This document shows, in pieces, positions 14,641-35,819 of a stretch of DNA of 64,000 bases. Origin of the DNA: Salpingoeca rosetta (lineage: Eukaryota > Protista > Choanoflagellata); the NCBI GenBank assembly GCA_033442325.1, contig JAWQFM010000007.1:634765-698764 (forward strand). The letters are read 5' to 3'. The notes below the pieces were generated by a model. That model made no database searches and was not told where the DNA came from. It saw only the letters and a program-made list of their open reading frames with translations. Position 1 is the first letter of the stretch. The number at the start of each line of letters is the position of its first letter. The translations under genes were made by a program, and so were the position numbers.

Positions 14641-15580
14641 CGTCTCTCCCTCCTAGCGGTCGCGAGCTTGCCGTTCAGCAGCTGCTGGACGTTCCCACTG
14701 GGTTCCTCTGTGCGACAGGCGTGCTGCTGCTGCTTGCTTGCTTGCTTGCTTGCCTTCACACGGACTTGGTTTGGTGGCTTCTTTGTTGTTGTGTTGCAGT
14801 GCCAGTGGCCCGTGTCCAACCCAGCACCGAGCAGGGCTTCTGCTGCTGCTTGTTGTTGAGCTTGTATGCGAGCGGCAGGGTGTGTTATCTTCCCAGCCAG
14901 CCAAACGAGCCCCGCTATCTTCCCTTCTTCCCGTGCACCCACGCTGTTCCGCTTGTTCGTGTGCTCCTCGCTCGCACACTCACCAACTCCCCAACGAGCC
15001 GCAACCAATGCTGCCTGTTAACCTGTTAACGGCGATCTGCTGGTTGTTGTGTGCTCGTTGGCGCTGTTTTGTCAGCGAAAATCGGTTCGGTGCACCGAAA
15101 AATTTCGTTGAAATTAGAAAATCACTTCAAGTCTTTAAACAATCATCGCACAACGCAACTGGCACTGTCAACGAACAAGTGAGACCAAAAAAAAAAAAAA
15201 AAAGGCAGAAGCAAAGAAGGAAGGTTCGATATCAGCACCAACAAGCACACACACACCCACACACACACACACACTCACCCACACACACACCCACACCCAC
15301 ACACCAGCCTCGAAAGCAAAACGGTTCGATATCCCTCCAAGTCGTGTGCTCGTGTGGTGGTAACACGAGCAGGCAACTCGCATGTCCACAACAATGTCTC
15401 TCTGGCCTCACATCACCGTGCATACCACACACCTCCCCAACACCATCCCCAACACCATCACCATCACCATCAGACCATCATCGCTACCGCTGACGCCACT
15501 CATGCAGTGCTCACTCAAGTCTTCCATGCCCCCGTCCCTCCAAACCCTTTCGCCTCTCTGGGCCTCGCCGCCTCACCGTC

Positions 15581-18500
15581 TCAGGGCCATGACTCCAGGC
15601 TGATTTGCTCGCGGATGCGCCTGATGGTGGCCAGATCGCTCGTGGTGTAGCGCGCGTGCGGCGAAGCAACCAGCAGCTCGTGCTTGTGGATCACGTCGTC
15701 GAGGAAGTCCTTGAGCACCCGCCGCCCGCGCCCAAAGCGCTCCACAAAGTCGCGGCCCGTGTAAATGGCAAAGGCCATGATGAGTGAGAACCAGTCCTGC
15801 GCCGTGCTGTACACCTGCAGGCTGCTGCGACCCGCAGTCTGGCCGCAGCCGGCGTTGGCGTCGCTTGGCCCTGGCTTCATTGACGCCGTCAAGCTGGTGG
15901 TGGACGTGGAGTTGGTGCTGCTGAGCGAGCGCACCGGCGTGGTGCCAGTCATGCCCGTGTAGCCAACGCGCCGGCCAACCAGCTGCGGGTGCCGCTCAGC
16001 CAGCTCCGTGTCCAGGCTGGAGGGAAACGGGTCCCCTTCGTGCCGCACCGTCTCAAAGTCAATCAGGTACGCGTTGCGCATCCCGGCCATGACAATGTTG
16101 GCGTTGCGCACGTCGCCGTGGACAAGCCCGCGCAGGGACAGCCGCAGCAGCTGGCGCGCAACATCCAGCAACTGCTCCCGCGTGCTCACCCCGGTCGCGC
16201 TCCCGAGATACGTGGTGGCAAAGCCAACGTGCCTGCCGCCGCGCACTATCTTGGCCACGGAGAAGCGCCCGCTGCGGTCCGTCCACGCCTCTGTCAGCTT
16301 CTCTCCGCTAGGAGACTCCGCATCGGCATCGGCATCGGCATCGGCATTGGCCTCCACCTCCTCGCCGCTATCGCCACCACCCTCGCTCCCCTTTGCCCCG
16401 GGCTTCTCCGCCTGTGCTGCTCCGTCGCGTTGCTCGCCCGCCGTTTCCTCGTCCTCTGCTGCAATGCGCCGTGCAGCCGTTGCAGCGTCACCATCGCCAT
16501 CATCGCCGCTGCCGTCCTCGCTATCGACACCGTTGGCGCTCGTGATGCTGCGTTTGGCGCCTGTGGAGTGGCTGCCGGCGTGGATAGGCTCGCTGTCTTG
16601 CCTGTACCGCCGAGGAACGAGCGGGCTCGTTGCCTTGGGCTCGGTCACGTGGATGTCAATGTCCACACTCCCGCACCGCTGCATCCTGCCACTGTCGCCG
16701 TCACAGCCCTGCGACGATGCGAGCGGCGGCGGCGGCGGCGGGGACACCTCTGCGCCCTCGTTGGAGGTCGTGGACATGGTGGATGTGCACGAGAACGTGG
16801 ACATGACCGATGCCCGCCGCATGCACCGCACAGACGGCGACGATGTTCTGGAGCTGCACGCGCTGCGCGCTGCGTCCTCCCGTGCCGGGCTGAAGTCTCG
16901 CAGCCTGCCCAGTGGCGAGCGCCCGCGCTGGGCGCCATGCATGCCCTCCGGCACCTTGAGCTGGTGCTCTGGCGCGTGCACGATCCTCCACGCCTTCCAC
17001 ACGCGCTCTGCGGTGCGGCTGTACTGCCGCCAGGTGGTGGTGCCGCCGTCAAACAGCGTAATGTCGCTGTGCACGTGCCCGTCCGCGACGCGCACGCTGC
17101 ACTCCTTGATGAAACACAGCGCTTCGGGCTTGATGTCTGCGTGCTTGCGCCAGCCAAGCGCGTGCTCGTACGTGCGTGTGAGCAGCGGGAAGCCCTCGTC
17201 CAGCACGGCTGCGATGACTTCCTGGCATGCGGCGTGAGGGCCGATGAAGAGGTCGCGGCGATACACGCGCGGGTACGATGCGCGGTCGCTCGTGCGCTCG
17301 CCGAGCGCAAACGCGCAGACACCAACTTCGTCCCCGTGCTGCAGCAGACCAAATGCAAACACGTGGCCTTGCAGCTTGGCCCAGTTGCCACCGGGTGTGT
17401 TGTGGTGCAGGGCAACGGCTGCAGCATCTGCTAGGCCGTTCAGCGCCTGCCCGCGGTCCTCGTCTTCCCGCAGACGCTTGCCCACAACAAAGATCCAGCC
17501 TGGGTCGCCCGGCTGCCGTGCTGGCGGCTCACGCGTGCCCGTGGTGTTGCTGCCGGTGTCTTTGTCGGTGATCTTATCCTCGCACACGCAGTCGCTGGTT
17601 GGTGGTGGGCGGGGCGCAAGTGTCGACGCCGGCATGCTGTTGCCCTCGCTTCTTGTGTCGTGGGCGCTGATGCCGATGGTGATTGACGTAGTACAGCTGT
17701 GTCGATGCTCGTCTGGGTTCACAAGCTTCAGGTCCTCGTGCCATGCGAACCCGCGTGTCGTCGCTTCGCGTTGCCCAACGTGCTTGATTTCATTGAATGT
17801 CGTCGCTGGCGCTACCCCTGTCCATGTTCGTGCGTGTATGTGTATGTGTTTGGGGGTGGGGGTGGGACAGGCAATAATTACGAGATGTAAGCTTCAAGTG
17901 CTTAGGCTAGATCCCCAATTCAAGATATGCAGAACGCGAGAGGGCACGCACGCACACCCACGCGTACGCATACACACACACACTCTCACTCTCTCTCTGA
18001 CCTTGTACTGAGCCCATGGTCTCCTCTGCTTCTTCTTGCGGCTCTTCTGCATGGTTGTCGCTCACTTCGGCGAGACGCCTTGCAAGTGGTTGGCAGCTTC
18101 CGAGCAGATACGCAGGAAGTGGTGTTGTTGCGCAGATGCTGTACACGTGAAGGCGCTCGGTGTTGTCGCATGCATCGTCATTGAACTCGAGTTGTGGAAC
18201 CAAAGCTGTATGTGTATGCGTCGTGTGTGTGTGTGTGCCATATGTGCACGCACAAATGCTAGTGTGAGACAACGGATAAAACCTCAACAACCTTATCAGC
18301 CATCGCCGATGTAGGCCCAGGAACTCGAGCACACAAGCACACGCAATGTAGGTTAGGAAAATGAAGGGGGGGGGAGAGTTAAGTAGGGCGCGCGTGCCAA
18401 GGTTGCAGAGGCGTCTGCCTGGTTCGACAACCAGCAAGCGGCGTTTCGCGGCCACGACAAAGAAAGGCAAAACGGTGCATTCGATAGGGCAGGAAGGCCC

Positions 18501-19122
18501 TTAGAACAACGACGGTGGGTGTGTATGTGTGTATGTGTGCATGTGTGCATATGTGGGCATGTGCATATGCGTGCGTTTGATGGGTGTGCGTGCGTTTGAT
18601 GGGTGTGCGTGCGTTTGATGGGTGTGTGTGTGTGTGCGTTCGTCGTGTACCTTGCTGGTGGCGATGGTTTTGGGTGAGGAGCCGTCGCTTTGCGTCTCTG
18701 ACTCGCCGCACGGATGCCTGCAGCTTGGTGATGGAGGTGGCGTATGCGCTGAGCGATGCCGGGTCGTCCAAGCTCGCTGCGTTGCTAAGCTGGTTCAGGA
18801 CAGCATCTGCGGCATCGTTGAGATACTCAAATCGACAGCGGACGGTGTCGAGTTTCTTGCAGAAGAACCGACTGAGGTCTTGCCATGTGTTCACGCGCGA
18901 AAGCTGCTTTCTGTCATTCGTGAACACCTTAAAAACCTTCTTGAGGAGCTCGCGGGAAGGCACGCCGTCAGGTTCCGCGTGCATGTGTGTCCTGATCTCT
19001 GGGACGAACCTCTTGGCGGCAATGTCCAGCCGAACCACGGTCTCCCGGTATCGCTCAAGCAGAGCAATGTACTCCGTGGCCATCCCCACAGACCACCCCG
19101 TGGGCTTGTTCAGCATCGGCAT
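15581..19122 (-). CDS. Atypical protein kinase-like protein with upstream degenerate restriction-endonuclease-like region (Crinkler/CR-kinase-like architecture)
   Basis: A large GC-rich exon (about 17818-15581) has the catalytic loop LVHGDVRNANIV, LIDFE, then ERHP...QDWFSL. Upstream exons lie at about 19122-18650, 18500-18390 and 18205-18008. The start (MPMLNKPTGW, 19122) and upstream exon joins are less certain. Confidence 0.65.
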
Positions 19123-19624
19123 CTTCGCTGATCGCGTGCCACGCCTCTTCTTCTTGCCGTACCTCTGTTCTTCTGTGCGTGGTGGTATGCTGCTGCGTTC
19201 TGCCAACGAGAGTGAGCCTTGCTTGCTCCGACGCACGCCTTTTCTTTTTCCTTTGGGCCCGCGTTAAGCAAGAATGTGGTGGTGTTGTAACAAATTTCTC
19301 CCGCGATGACGTCAAGGACAAAGTCCTCTTGCGTCTCGAAGGAAGAAGAAGAGAAAGCGTTGAACGTGCTGGGTGGTTGGCTGCGCTTCAACCGTCAGCA
19401 TTTTTCTCCAGCGTGTCAGCATTTCTCCAGAACCGAAAGTTTGCGACGCTGTTAGCGATTCCTCGTTTGCTGCACCCTGCACCACACACCACAACAAACG
19501 TGGCACACAACACACAGCAGCCGCTGCACCCCACCATATCCACACACCCCTCCATACACCATCTCCAACTCTCTCCCTCATATCACCCCCAAGCAAGCAA
19601 AGCGCACCCCCTCACACCGCCACT

Positions 19625-22600
19625 ATGAGCCTGAACCAGGAGCAGATTGAGCAGCAGGTGCGTGGCGTGCTGTGTGCTTGCTTTGTGCCTGCTTTGTGCG
19701 TGTCCAACGCATGCCGGCTTGTGCGGCTCTCACCTTCCTGTGTGATGTGTCAGTGGGTGTGATCACACGCTTTTGCTTGTGCTAACATTCACTCGCTAAC
19801 CGACACCCACACTGCATCGCACATGCCTGTGGCTGCCTGTGTCTTGTCGGCAGATTGCTCACATGATCAAGTTTATCGAGAGCGAGGCAGACGAGAAGGT
19901 TACAGAAATCAAAGTCAAGGTATGCGCTGATGCGAGACGACAGCATGTGTGCATGCGCATGTGTGCATTTGTGCATGCGCGCGTGTGTGTGCGAGACAAC
20001 AGCATGCGTGCATGTGTGTGCATGTGTGTGCATGTGTGTGCATGCGTGCTGTTGTTGCTTCCTTTTTTTTGTACCTCAATATATCTGGCCCACGACCCCC
20101 AATGTTGTGTGGTTGCACGCATTCACCGACTCTGCTGCGCTCGTTTGCCTTCCTGCTTCGCTTTGTTTCGTGCAGGCCAAGGAAGAGTTTGACCGCGAGG
20201 TGGCACGAATGGTCAAGGATGAGGAGAGGAAAATCGTCGCCATGTATGAGCGCAGGGAGAAGGGCATGGAAACCCAGAAGCGCATGTGAGTCCCATGCCC
20301 GTCCCTGCAATGATGGCATGTGCACCCCATCCAACCTGTGTCGATGCAACCCTTCACGCTTTTGCTTTGCATCATTTGGGGTTGCCTGTCGAGCACCACC
20401 GCCTTGCGCTCTTGCGTGCCGTCGCGCACACTGCTGTGCACCTCCGCTACGCAAGTCCCTGTTCCTCGCGGCGCACTCGCACCTCTTTGCAACTTCCTCC
20501 TCCGTTTGTGTTTGCTCACACTGCCGTTTGCCACCCACACACAGTGCATACTCAAACAAGCTGAACGCAGCGCGTGTGAAGGTTCTGCAAGCACAGGACG
20601 AGTACCTTCAGGTGTGACGCTTGCTGCTGTTTCTGTTGCTGCAGCACTTACCCTTTGGTTTTCACACCACTTGTTGACTGCCTCATGCAACATCTGCCAC
20701 TCGATGCTTGCGCAGTGTGCCCGCGGAGTCGGCACGACATTCCATGTCCTCCTCACGCTCTGTGTGCGCTTGGTTGATGTGTATGTGTGCATTTCCTCTC
20801 CTAGCACATTGTGTCAGATGCCAAGGAGGAGGTGAAGAAGCTGGCCGGTAACAAGAAGAAGTACTCCAAGCTGCTTCGCGACCTCATCACACAGGTAGCC
20901 ACTGCTCTGATGACCCACCTATTTTGTGCCGGTGCTTGATGCAGTGTGGTGTGTGATGCGAGGCGTAACCCCATGGTCCGTCTGCAAGTGAAGGGAAGGC
21001 TTGTCATCAGCTCGCTCGCTCCTCTGCGTGTGTCGCTGTGTCGCTGTGTCGCTGCCGTTATCTCACTCGCCCACTTGTATGATAACAGACCGCTCACAAT
21101 CAATGCACACACACACAACACATGCACGGGTGCACCGGCCTCTCTGCAACTCTTATTACTTTGTTGCTGTGTTCTATGTAGGGCCTGTGCAGCCTGTTGG
21201 AAACACAGGTTGACCTGATGTGTCGCAAGAAGGACGTGGCCCTCGTCAAGGTGTGTGTCTAAGTTTCTTCTCGGCTGTTCCCACACCCGCATGCACCGCA
21301 TTCTCAGAGCACTTCCCAAGACCCAAATCGTGAGCAACCAAGCTCCCTCTCCCCCGCTCTCGCCTTTTGCAAACCTTTAGCTTTACCCCCCCCTTGCTCC
21401 TCCCTTCCCCCGCACTCCTTATCCCTCCTCTTTTTCCCTCGAGTCGGTGATGCGAATTTTTAATCGTTGCTACTCTTGATCGGACGTGGTTACCACGTTC
21501 ATGAAGCTACATTTATCACCAAGATCTCTGAGACTCGTCTGTTACCGAACCTAGCCCTTAAGGCACAGTTGCCTCAGCATGGTTTCTCTTCCTCCACTCT
21601 TCCGTTGCTGTTGTGATTGAGTCGGTGATGCGAATATTTAATCGTTGCTACTCTTGATCGGACGTGGTTACCACGTTCATGAAGCTACATTTATCACCAA
21701 GATCTCTGAGACTCGTCTGTTACCGAACCTAGCCCTTAAGGCACAGTTGCCTCAGCATGGTTTCTCTTCCTCCACTCTTCCGTTGCTGTTGTGATTGAGT
21801 CGGTGATGCGAATATTTAATCGTTGCTACTCTTGATCGGACGTGGTTACCACGTTCATGAAGCTACATTTATCACCAAGATCTCTGAGACTCTTTCCAAA
21901 CATGACATGCTCCTTGACGTTCATGCACAAACGTGCGCGCTCCGTGTACCCCCTTTCACTCCGCCCCCAACTATTTTTTCCCTCTGTCCTCCCTATCCCT
22001 TTGTGATTCGTTCTCTTTTTGTGTTGTGTTCCTCTTGTGCTCCTGCATTATGGACTGCTGGCTGTGAGTCGGTGATGCGAATTTTTAATCGTTGCTACTC
22101 TTGATCGGACGTGGTTACCACGTTCATGAAGCTACAATTATCACCAAGATCTCTGAGACTCTTTGGGTCGCGTGTCCACGTTGCTAGCGCGCACCACTGC
22201 CAGCCCTGCTCCACTCTCCCTGTTTCATCCCCTTACCTCCTTCATTCTTCTTTTTTTTATACGATGCACTGAGTCTTTGGGTCTGGTTTGCACCATCGGT
22301 CAACATCACACCCGCATCTCCCAACCGACCAGACATATCAGCACATCGCCAGCTTACAATCGCAAGCTCACAATGTCTTTGCTCTGAACATGCCTGGTGC
22401 TTGTGTGCTGTATGTGCGCTTAACAGGAGGTCTTGAGCGACGCTGTTGCAGACTTCAAGAGCAAGACAAAGCTGGACTGCACCGTCAACGTCAACGAGAA
22501 GAACTTCCTCAACGATGACTGGTACGTGCCAATATCCTCTCACGCAAACTGCTGCTGGCACTGTGTACACCACATGCACACGCATGCATGTACTCACACA

Positions 22601-23163
22601 CACACACACACTCTTACCCACCCACCATCACCACGCCCTTGTTTGTGCGCAGCGGTGGCGGCGTCGAGCTCTCTGTGCGAGGCAACACAAAGGTCACCAA
22701 CACACTCGACAAGCGCATGGATATGGCCGTGTCCCGGGTAAGCACCATGTTGCCCAAAAGTGCCCTGAAGTTACACGCTCCCTCCGCTCGTGTGTGTATT
22801 TTCTCGTTCCCCTTGTGTGCTGTGGCTTTCACAGCACACCCAAGCACTCGCAGTCGGTGATGCGAATTTTTAATCGTTGCTACTCTTGATCGGACGTGGT
22901 TACCACGTTCATGAAGCTACATTTATCACCAAGATCTCTGAGACTGGCCTCCAGTGCTTCACCACAACACAACACAACACAGCACAACACAGCACATGCA
23001 TGTGTCACGTTGTGCATCATCTCTAGTCTTCACACCTGCTGCCTTGACTCACGGGACGTCCTTGTTTTGTTGTCTTGTTTATCGCGCCTGCTGCCAACAG
23101 TTGATGCCTGCCATCCGGTACAAGCTCTTTGGCGCGTCAACCAGCCGTGCCCACTTCGACTAA
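19625..23163 (+). CDS. ATP6V1E: V-type proton ATPase subunit E (9 exons)
   Basis: Exons 19625-19657, 19854-19919, 20176-20285, 20545-20611, 20805-20894, 21182-21250, 22427-22521, 22653-22737 and 23101-23163 splice in frame to MSLNQEQIEQQIAHMIKFIESEADEKVTEIKVKAKEEFDREVARMV...QKRIAYSNKLNAARVKVLQAQDEYL...CGGVELSVRGNTKVTNTLDKRMDM...LMPAIRYKLFGASTSRAHFD*, a classic V-ATPase E sequence. Confidence 0.96.
21441..21536 (+). ncRNA. U24: Box C/D snoRNA U24 (snR24/SNORD24 family), copy 1, ATP6V1E intron 6
   Basis: Terminal stem GAGTC/GACTC, box C GTGATGC, D' TTGA, internal hairpin ACGTGGT/ACCACGT, box D CTGA. Guides TTGCTACT and TTATCACCAAGATCT are antisense to the conserved LSU rRNA segment AGATCTTGGTGGTAGTAGCAA. 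The 3' end matches yeast snR24 (...UUAUCACCAAGAUCUCUGA, recalled). Confidence 0.9.
21619..21714 (+). ncRNA. U24: Box C/D snoRNA U24, copy 2
   Basis: Same 96-nt unit 178 bp downstream of copy 1, with one difference (GAATATTT vs GAATTTTT). Confidence 0.88.
21797..21892 (+). ncRNA. U24: Box C/D snoRNA U24, copy 3
   Basis: Identical to copy 2, 178 bp further on. Confidence 0.85.
22066..22161 (+). ncRNA. U24: Box C/D snoRNA U24, copy 4
   Basis: Same unit with unique flanks; variant CAATTATCACC vs CATTTATCACC lies outside the pairing guide. Confidence 0.9.
22851..22946 (+). ncRNA. U24: Box C/D snoRNA U24, copy 5, ATP6V1E intron 8
   Basis: Same unit in a different intron (22738-23100). Terminal stem is CAGTC/GACTG, a compensatory change relative to GAGTC/GACTC. 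Confidence 0.9.
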
Positions 23164-23464
23164 CTGCATAACTCTCTCCGCCTCCCCTCTGTTTCTTTTG
23201 TTTGTTAGTCTGTTGCCGACTGTGTTCTTTGCTGTTGTTGGTTGTCTGGTTGTGAACTGCGTTGTCGTGGACCGCAGTGCTTCGCTCTCGTACTTTGTGC
23301 AATAATCCAGCTGCTGTGTGTTCCTTCCATCTTGTATCGTGTCCCATCGCCGTGCTTGTCCTCTTGTAGTTTTTCCTTTCGGTTGGCTTCTGTCGACGCT
23401 CAGTTGGCTCTCAGGATGTTTGTTACATTCCCTCCCCTTTCTCCTTCCAGCCAGTGAACCAAAC

Positions 23465-23465
<1 letters not shown>

Positions 23466-23518
<53 letters not shown>
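23466..23518. repeat. (CAA)n microsatellite
   Basis: Perfect trinucleotide run between the ATP6V1E 3' end and the OGDH start. Confidence 0.95.
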
Positions 23519-23637
23519 GTCGTGGTCATGGGTGGTGGTGTTTGTGTGCTTCAAAGCAAGACCGTCATTCACGCGCCGCACAAAAACGAAACACAAACAA
23601 AACCGTTTGCGCGGTGGTGCAACACCAAACAACGCTG

Positions 23638-33562
<9,925 letters not shown>

Positions 33563-33723
33563 AAACGAGATGTGCCGGCGAGCGAGGGAAGAGGAGAAGG
33601 AGGAGGAGGAGGAGGGGTGGTGGTGTGAGGAGAGGGATTGCTTGTGTGGTTGTGATGATGATGATGATGATGATGCTCGTCGTGTGGTTGATGATGATGA
33701 CGGTCAATCAATAAACGAACGCA

Positions 33724-35325
33724 ATGTCCGCTTTTTCCAGCAGATACAACACACACACTCGCTTCCATCCTTCTCCCCCTTCTTCCTTGCCCGGAGCGGT
33801 TGCCATGCGCGAGGTAGCTGTGCAGGCCAACTGCCTGATATGTGACGCACACTTCCTGGTGGTTGTCACGGCTGTGCCGCCCGCGTCCGCGTTCTCTGGT
33901 CGTCGTGGCACGCAGGAGTTTGAAGACCTCTTGGAAAAGGTGTGTGTGTATGTGTGTATGTGTGTGTATGCGTGTGTATGCGTGTGTATGTGTATGTATG
34001 TGTGTGTGCGTGTGTGTGTGTGTTGTGTGTTGTGTGTGTGTGTATGCGTGTGTGTATGTGTGTGTGCGTGTGTGTGAATGCGCTGCGAGGCTCGCGTGTG
34101 GGAGAACTGCACGCCCACTTCCCTCCGTGCTCCATCTCACTCTCCTCCACATCCTCCCATACACACACACACACACACATACACACACACGTACACATAC
34201 ACATACACACACACATGCACACACACATGCACAGATTCAACGTGAAGCGTCGCACCCTTTGCACCGGTTCTTGCGGTGCCCCACATGTACGGAGATTGTG
34301 GCCCATTGCGCGTATCAGGATTGGCTCGGCAGCAAGGACGAGGAATGCCACCTATCCCTCTGCAAGCTCTATTCCTACGCGCCCGACTCTGAAGTGTAAG
34401 CACGCATGCACTCCACTCATGCGAGTTGACGCCTTGCTGCGACCCTCTTGTTCCATGATGGCTGAACACCTATTTGATTCACACCAGCAGGTCTAACCTC
34501 CGGTCCTTCACGTCCGCACGTACATGCACTTACAACTGCAGGGAGGCTGAGCGCTTGCCGCCGCTGTTCATCAATGGCAAGAAGCCGGAAGAAAAGCCAA
34601 GGTGGCAACTGGCTCATGGCATTGGACCAAAGACGCTGGAAGTTGACAGGTCAGGGAAGAGAGTGGTGTTGCATGCATTGTATGGCGTAGTACACCGCGA
34701 TGAGCAACCACACACACACACTCACACACACACTCACCACACACACACACATATACACACATACACACCACACTCACACACACTCACACACACACACTCA
34801 CACACACATACACAACCACACTCACTCACTCACACACTCACTCACACACTCACGCACACGCCACACCCCTGCCCTCACGCGTTCGCCACAGGTCGCGCAG
34901 TGGCCGCTTGCACCGCCCGTCGCTGAAGCAGTTTGGCATCACCGGTCCGCGCATCCCTGCCGTGGAAGATCCAGCCAGTTTCGAATACACCATCGAAAGC
35001 ATCTACTCTCTGTGCGTTGCGCTCAGTGCGTGTGCGCGCGCGCGTGCGTGTGTGTATGAAGTGTTTGACAACTGCGGTTCACTGCGTACACTTCGAAGAC
35101 TTCCTCCAACCGCACACACACACACATGCACACACACACACCTGCACACACACACACACCAACTCACGCATGCGCGAGATGTCCACATCACCGTGCAGGG
35201 CGGAGCATCCTGCTCGGCTGGAGGCAGCGCTGCCACTCCTGGAGAAGAACAAGCCGCTCATCCACGCGTGGGACAATATCTCCAGCGATCCCATGATCAC
35301 TGGCGAGGCAGAGGACACAGCTTAG
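33724..35325 (+). CDS. Hypothetical protein with CxxC...CxxC motifs (5 exons)
   Basis: In-frame GT-AG exons: (M)REVAVQANCLICDAHFLVVV...EDLLEK / IQREASHPLHRFLRCPTCTEIVAHC...DSE / SNLRSFTSARTCTYNCRE...EVDR / ...IESIYSL / AEHPARLEAALPLLEKNKPLIHAWDNISSDPMITGEAEDTA*. Start could be 33724 or about 33805. Confidence 0.55.
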
Positions 35326-35681
35326 CCATTCAGCAGCTTGTGGTTCGCGCGTTTGCGTCATGCCCTTGTCTGCCATACACACTAACATACATACCTACGT
35401 GCACGCACGCACAAGCGCGCACACACATACACACACTCTCTCTTTGGCTCCATCTGTCTCTCTACTTGCTTGTGTTACATGCCATATGGCCTGCCTCGCC
35501 CCTCTCCGTCACGCCTTTGCTTGCTTGCCAACTCCCCTTATTTGAACTGTTCAATCATAACGAAGTCACGCGCCACTGGTTGGTCATTCAATACATGCAA
35601 CCTTGAGCCTAATCCAAAACACACAAGAAGTCACACGGGTGCATCAACAAGAAGTCACACGGGTGCATCAACAAACAACGC

Positions 35682-35727
<46 letters not shown>

Positions 35728-35819
35728 CACAACGCCACACACGCATGCACACACACACACATATGCACACACATGCACACACACACACACACAACACACA
35801 CAACACATCACATCACGTG

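Larger units (their letters stand above)
21441..21892 (+). repeat. Tandem duplication, 178-bp period (96-nt snoRNA + identical 82-nt spacer), about 2.5 units
   Basis: Unit starts at 21441, 21619 and 21797. Spacer GTCTGTTACCGAACC...GTTGTGATT is identical in both occurrences. Confidence 0.95.

Noticed and set aside
15086-15115. 14-bp palindrome TTCGGTGCACCGAA plus small AATTTC/GAAATT dyad upstream of the RasGEF
   Set aside because: Single occurrence with no second copy or TSD/TIR context; may be promoter sequence but cannot be supported.
14738-15493. 251-aa plus-strand ORF between the RasGEF and kinase genes
   Set aside because: Low complexity, crosses a poly-A run and CA repeats, and has no motifs; likely UTR or promoter sequence.
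15989-17434. Long plus-strand ORFs (481 aa and 409 aa)
   Set aside because: Antisense shadows of the GC-rich kinase exon; no motifs of their own.
20907-21010. Box C-like TGATGA and CTGATGAC/GTCATCAG inverted repeat in ATP6V1E intron 5 as another snoRNA
   Set aside because: No box D (CTGA) or recognisable guide downstream; an 8-bp inverted repeat can arise by chance.
21441-22946. CRISPR-like repeat-spacer array
   Set aside because: Repeats are 96 nt with C/D boxes and rRNA-antisense guides, two spacers are identical, the locus is intronic in a eukaryotic gene, and there are no cas genes. It is a snoRNA cluster.
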